A DNA stretch of 63,021 nucleotides, counting the filler, from Asterionella formosa (taxonomy: Eukaryota), in NCBI GenBank assembly GCA_002256025.1. It is 16 parts of 16 records of this genome, joined end to end, with 100 filler letters (N's around TTAATTAATTAA, not from the genome) between each part and the next. Parts side by side here need not be neighbours in the genome. Positions count along the whole stretch, not along the records: positions 58,710 to 59,712 come from NKIB01005077.1; positions 59,813 to 60,815 come from NKIB01005078.1; positions 60,916 to 61,918 come from NKIB01005079.1; positions 62,019 to 63,021 come from NKIB01005080.1; 12 more parts are not named here. One strand, given 5' to 3'. The notes under the pieces were generated by a model, which was not told the DNA's origin, made no database searches, and worked only from the letters and a program-made list of their open reading frames with translations. The stretch's first letter is position 1. Every line of letters begins with the position of its first letter. This document shows positions 58,710 through 63,021 of this stretch, piece after piece. The position numbers and the translations under genes were made by a program.

Positions 58710-59287
58710 TACCTTTTGTATAGATCTATATCGTTAGACAAAGAAGACTATAGATAGAGACGTTCGTTTCTCTTTCCGTTTCTATATTCTTATTGTGAGT
58801 TTACTAATCTAGTTTAGGTTGTTCTGTTTGAACAAACAAACGAACTTTTCTCCAAATGCTGTTTGCATTTCTAGATACATACAATCATAGATAGACCCAT
58901 GTCTATCTCACACTTACTGATCATAGGTATTTAACCATGATCATTCATTTCAAACTATCGGTCTTCCGAAATAGCTTATATTGTCCGGCTCATTATATTC
59001 GGAGTAGCAAAGTATAATGTGTGGTTGATGAGAGCTTGGTACATCAAAGTGGACTCATTCGAATCGTTTGACTCGTTTGACTCCGAGTCCTAACTACGTA
59101 GATGAGCTCACTTTAACACTCTCCTTGTTCCAACAATCCATCATCCCGTTTTGGATCGCATATCCGTGCATGTTCATAATCTTGTCCGTGACATTTTTAG
59201 TTAGAACATCTGCTGGATTCTTTTCCGTATTGACGTAGTCAACCTTAATCGTTCCGTTTTCGACTTGTTCTCGTACATAGTGGTATC
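58710..59287 (-). mobile_element. 3' end of a Copia element (RNase H tail + 3' LTR starting 59118), related to the 810-4283 element
   Basis: The minus strand reads YVREQVENGTIKVDYV..NPADVLTKNV..NGMMDCWNKES, then GGAGAG|TGTTAAA. This parallels NGTMDCWNEES and GGAGAG|TGACAAA at 3768. Confidence 0.85.
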
Positions 59288-59470
59288 ACCAGGTACCGAT
59301 ACTCAGCCAGTTTTTAATATTGTGAAGTGTTGCTTTTTTGTGATAACCATCACATAATTTAGATGACAGGACCTTCCACCAGGTTGGTACCTGGTATGGT
59401 ACCGGGTACTGTACTTTGTAGCTTGCAAATAGCTTTTATAAATCTGTTTTACTGCTCTATCGTCAGTTCC

Positions 59471-59543
59471 TCCGATATGGTGTAGGTGGTTATCATACGA
59501 CCCTCTCACGGTTGTGACTCGGGTTCGAGTCCCGATATCGGAA
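59471..59543 (+). tRNA. tRNA-Glu (CTC)
   Basis: Acceptor stem TCCGATA/TATCGGA, anticodon arm CGACC-CTCTCAC-GGTTG, T loop GGTTCGAGTCC, and a T-run terminator about 25 nt downstream. Confidence 0.93.
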
Positions 59544-60915
59544 GCATCAGGCTTCCAGGAGCTACATTCTTTTTTGCAAGATCGGGGTGTCTGATTCCCC
59601 CTTTTTTCATGAAAATACCAGTACTGTAGGTATCGTTTGTTTAATTAATTTTTATTTACTCCGTAGGCAACAGTGAATAGCTAGCTATACTGTATGGCAT
59701 ATATATTATTTANNNNNNNNNNNNNNNNNNNNNNNNNNNNNNNNNNNNNNNNNNNNTTAATTAATTAANNNNNNNNNNNNNNNNNNNNNNNNNNNNNNNN
59801 NNNNNNNNNNNNCTGGTACCAGGTACTCGGTATTTCGGTATGCAGCAGCGGTAAGGAGAGGAAGGTGTGACTGATGGGACACCAACAGCAGGTGAAGGAG
59901 GGAAGTATGAGCTGCCAGTTTGTTTTTGGAACTATATACCGGGTACTTGGGTTGTACTCCCAGCAGATCGAGATGCAATGTCGCCTAGTTTTGAAACTAA
60001 GGTGGATGACATCAGCCAGTCGACTCTCGTCTTGAAGGAGTGTTGACTCCTGACTACTACTAGTTATTGGTGGTAGCAGGAGTGACAAGTATGCAGAATG
60101 ATGATTGAGAGTCCAGAAATGCCTCAAATGCGGTGTTTGAAGAAGTTTTCAACAATTAACAAGTTGATTAACCAACAGAAATGATGCAGGATGTGTGTCA
60201 AAGAGGTAGGAGGGAGGAAGCAATTCTGTCAGTATTGTAGTCTTTCTTTTACACCAAAAACTATTTGTTCTGTGGTAGGAATGCAAAAAGTTGGAATTAG
60301 GTTTGTAAGGTTGCTGAAAATTTTACAAGGGTTGAGCAGGACATAGTAAGAATGGTGGAGTATTGTTGGTTGGCAAAGCGTTGTGTGTGGGATAGCTATG
60401 ATGACTGCCCTACTTTGAGCTGTGTTCTTTTCACTGCCACATTGCAAATTGACAAAATGTATGAGGTATATATTCCAGATAGAACAATGCCACAGATTAG
60501 ATTGCCAATCAATTGATATCTGCTGATCATCACGCTGGTGGTCATACACAGCTAGTATGTATTTAGGCTATTATTACACAGATGCATGATTTCATACTAC
60601 TGTAGCTACATTATTTTTTTCACTATTTTTCATTAGCTATATATTGATTGTTTTCACTTCATTTCGGGTTTATGTATATTAGACATATACACACCTACCA
60701 ATAATAGACTTGGTCCTCTATTTACTGTAATATAGTGCTATAGTATATGTACTCGTGGTGACTCCATATTAAGTACTCTAATATATACAATGGTCTATTC
60801 CCCGCATACACGTACNNNNNNNNNNNNNNNNNNNNNNNNNNNNNNNNNNNNNNNNNNNNTTAATTAATTAANNNNNNNNNNNNNNNNNNNNNNNNNNNNN
60901 NNNNNNNNNNNNNNN

Positions 60916-61918
60916 GGTTGCAAAACGAAAATAACTGCTAACGAAAGAATCGGAGTGATGCTTATTGCCTGTGTTGTCATGGCATGTGATGCTGGAATCA
61001 AAATCTGCCGAGAAGAAAGTGGTATGACCAATCAAGAAATTCGAAACTTTCAAGGTCTATTCGAAGGGATGCTCTGCTACAATGCCTGGTTTAGTAAAGA
61101 GAGTTTTGATGTGGGAAATTTACCACAGGAACACCAAAGCGTTGTCAACTATTTTACTAAGCTGGTAAAAGAATGCCCGAGAACAACAACCTCTCAGGGA
61201 TGGAAGCTTGCGAAGTTTCATCAACAGATGCATACTGTAAGAAACATTCATCGTTTCGGAAGTCCACAGGTTTTTAATGGAGGCCCAATGGAAAAGAATC
61301 TTAAATTCTTGTGTAAATTACCAGCCAGGACTTCCCAGAAACGCAAAGATGTCATGGATATTCAAAGTGGGGCGAGAATGGTGGAGAACATGGTGATCGG
61401 AACCGCTTGTAGTCAGTTTCTTGGCGAAGATATTGGAGATTTACAATACAAATTGGAAGCTGTCCCAGTTGACGTTGGAATTGTGAAATCCAAAACAGGA
61501 GGTACTCGATATTCTCTTCTGATTGAAGAAGATGGAAATGGTGAATTTGAGATTGCCAGGGTTTCATCATCATCAAGTAGCATCCGGAAAACTGGGATTG
61601 ACCGAGATCTGGTGCGAGTTCTAGGCGACCAACTCCTTCCTTTCATTTTATCCATGGAAATTGAAGTGATGTGCGACCACACTCGTAGTGACAACGTAAT
61701 ATTTCATGCCCATCCAAGCTACCGTGGTGGTCATTCCTGGTATGATTGGGCAGAGTTTGCTTGGTTAGATGGAGAAACAGGAGTTGAGTCAATTGTGCTT
61801 GGCCAGATCTACGGTTTTATTGAAATGGGATTGGGTCCGTCTTCGATCAATTTCACTGATCCAAGATTACCGTCATCCTTGAGAAATCAAAGCCCCGGTG
61901 TCTTTGCAATTATTCACT
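60916..61918 (+). mobile_element. Plavaka/CACTA-like transposase, C-terminal part (contig open at both ends)
   Basis: GWKLAKFHQQMH....IHRFGSPQVFNGGPMEKNLKFLCKLPARTSQKR and IFHAHPSYRGGHSWYDWA motifs. No stop across the ~1-kb contig. Confidence 0.65.
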
Positions 61919-62283
61919 NNNNNNNNNNNNNNNNNNNNNNNNNNNNNNNNNNNNNNNNNNNNTTAATTAATTAANNNNNNNNNNNNNNNNNNNNNNNNNN
62001 NNNNNNNNNNNNNNNNNNACCGTAGCCAAATAAAAGGAGTATTTCTATTGGTTTAGATTGTGGCAAGCGCCGGCAACATAACGTCAACTGTTTAATTGAT
62101 CCACAAACGCTTACAATACACATTTACCTTACTCTCTTGATGTAGACAAATAATGAACTTAAGTACAAAAACCTTTGAATAATACCGGCAGCTATCTATA
62201 AAAGGTTGTCCCCTTCGAGTCTTTGACGATCCCAATAAGATATCGTCATCCATTGTTGTCGAAGCAGGATGCTACCACATGAG

Positions 62284-62331
62284 AAGGAGCAGCAGGAGCA
62301 GCAGAAGGAGCAGAAGGAGCAGGAGCAGCAG
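62284..62331. repeat. GGAGCA(GCA/GAA) simple repeat
   Basis: About 5 imperfect 9-bp units. Confidence 0.6.
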
Positions 62332-63021
62332 CCAATGAGGATGATTCATCGTCGGTTTCAGACAAAACCAAAGTTGGATTATTTTGGCGCTGTCAAGAGA
62401 AACAATCGATAGCGATGTGCGAGTTTCATCAAGGCAGCATTGTTCCTCGTGTACCGTGATGTGTCATTGTTGGCAGACTGCTGCATGTCCCTGGCTAGTA
62501 TCGATATCTTCTTCCCTTGCCTGCAGATCAACATTATGCTCAAGTTTGCTCTGCATTATGTGAAGTTATGCCATGGGTATATTGTGTAACAGTTTACTGG
62601 GTCGATGGTTGATTAATCAGCTGAAGAATTCAAAAAATGTATCCAAGAGAGTTGTGCCATTTATCGAAGGGTTTTACGCCAATAAAGGCAAGTCGTTTAA
62701 TGAAAAAAATGAAGGAGGGATTAGGTGTGATCCAATTGCATCTCAATAATTCAAGTGCTTCCAGTACTCCACTGTCCCACCTGTCATCCACCACTGATGA
62801 TTTTGATGTAGTAGATGATTCCAAATGAAGGAAAAATAATATAGATTACATGTCAATGCTAGTATGATTGATTAGAAAGCTAGGCTATCACTCTAGCTAA
62901 TTGGAAAAACGGAAGGTTTTTCTATTCTAGAATACCAATATACAAATGCATAGTCATATTAGTTTTTGATGGGCAGTTTAGATAGGCGTAGTACTAGCTG
63001 CGTAAGAATAAGGAATTTGCT

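Overview
Eukaryotic nuclear DNA, almost certainly from a diatom. Three genes carry bipartite signal-peptide + 'A-F' plastid presequences, introns are short GT-AG, and the Copia remnants resemble diatom CoDi elements. It is a draft scaffold whose contigs are joined by artificial N-TTAATTAATTAA-N linkers. Gene islands hold a disrupted trypsin-like protease with a Pro/Thr stalk, Derlin, XPC/Rad4, a plastid SLC4 bicarbonate transporter, LIN37, POLE2, TMEM199/Vma12, ZSWIM7/SWS1, fused LeuC-LeuD, a plastid-targeted NOG1-like GTPase, CNOT10, an SPF45-like protein and tRNA-Glu(CTC). They lie among decayed Copia, Gypsy, pogo-like, Plavaka-like and MITE-like elements. The strongest unexplained signal is a TA -> TA-CCGG-TA micro-insertion process. 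It is visible as four independent presence/absence polymorphisms between duplicated copies, about 30 TACCGGTA sites counted by eye, and nested TACC(A/T)GGTA arrays that pile up just upstream of genes. It is best explained as accumulated excision footprints of TA-targeting DNA transposons. Other oddities are a Gypsy family with a perfect palindrome where the tRNA primer site should be, a Copia copy with an apparent 6-bp TSD and a large internal deletion, and a Derlin with two SHP-like boxes. All product calls come from motif recognition, not database searches.
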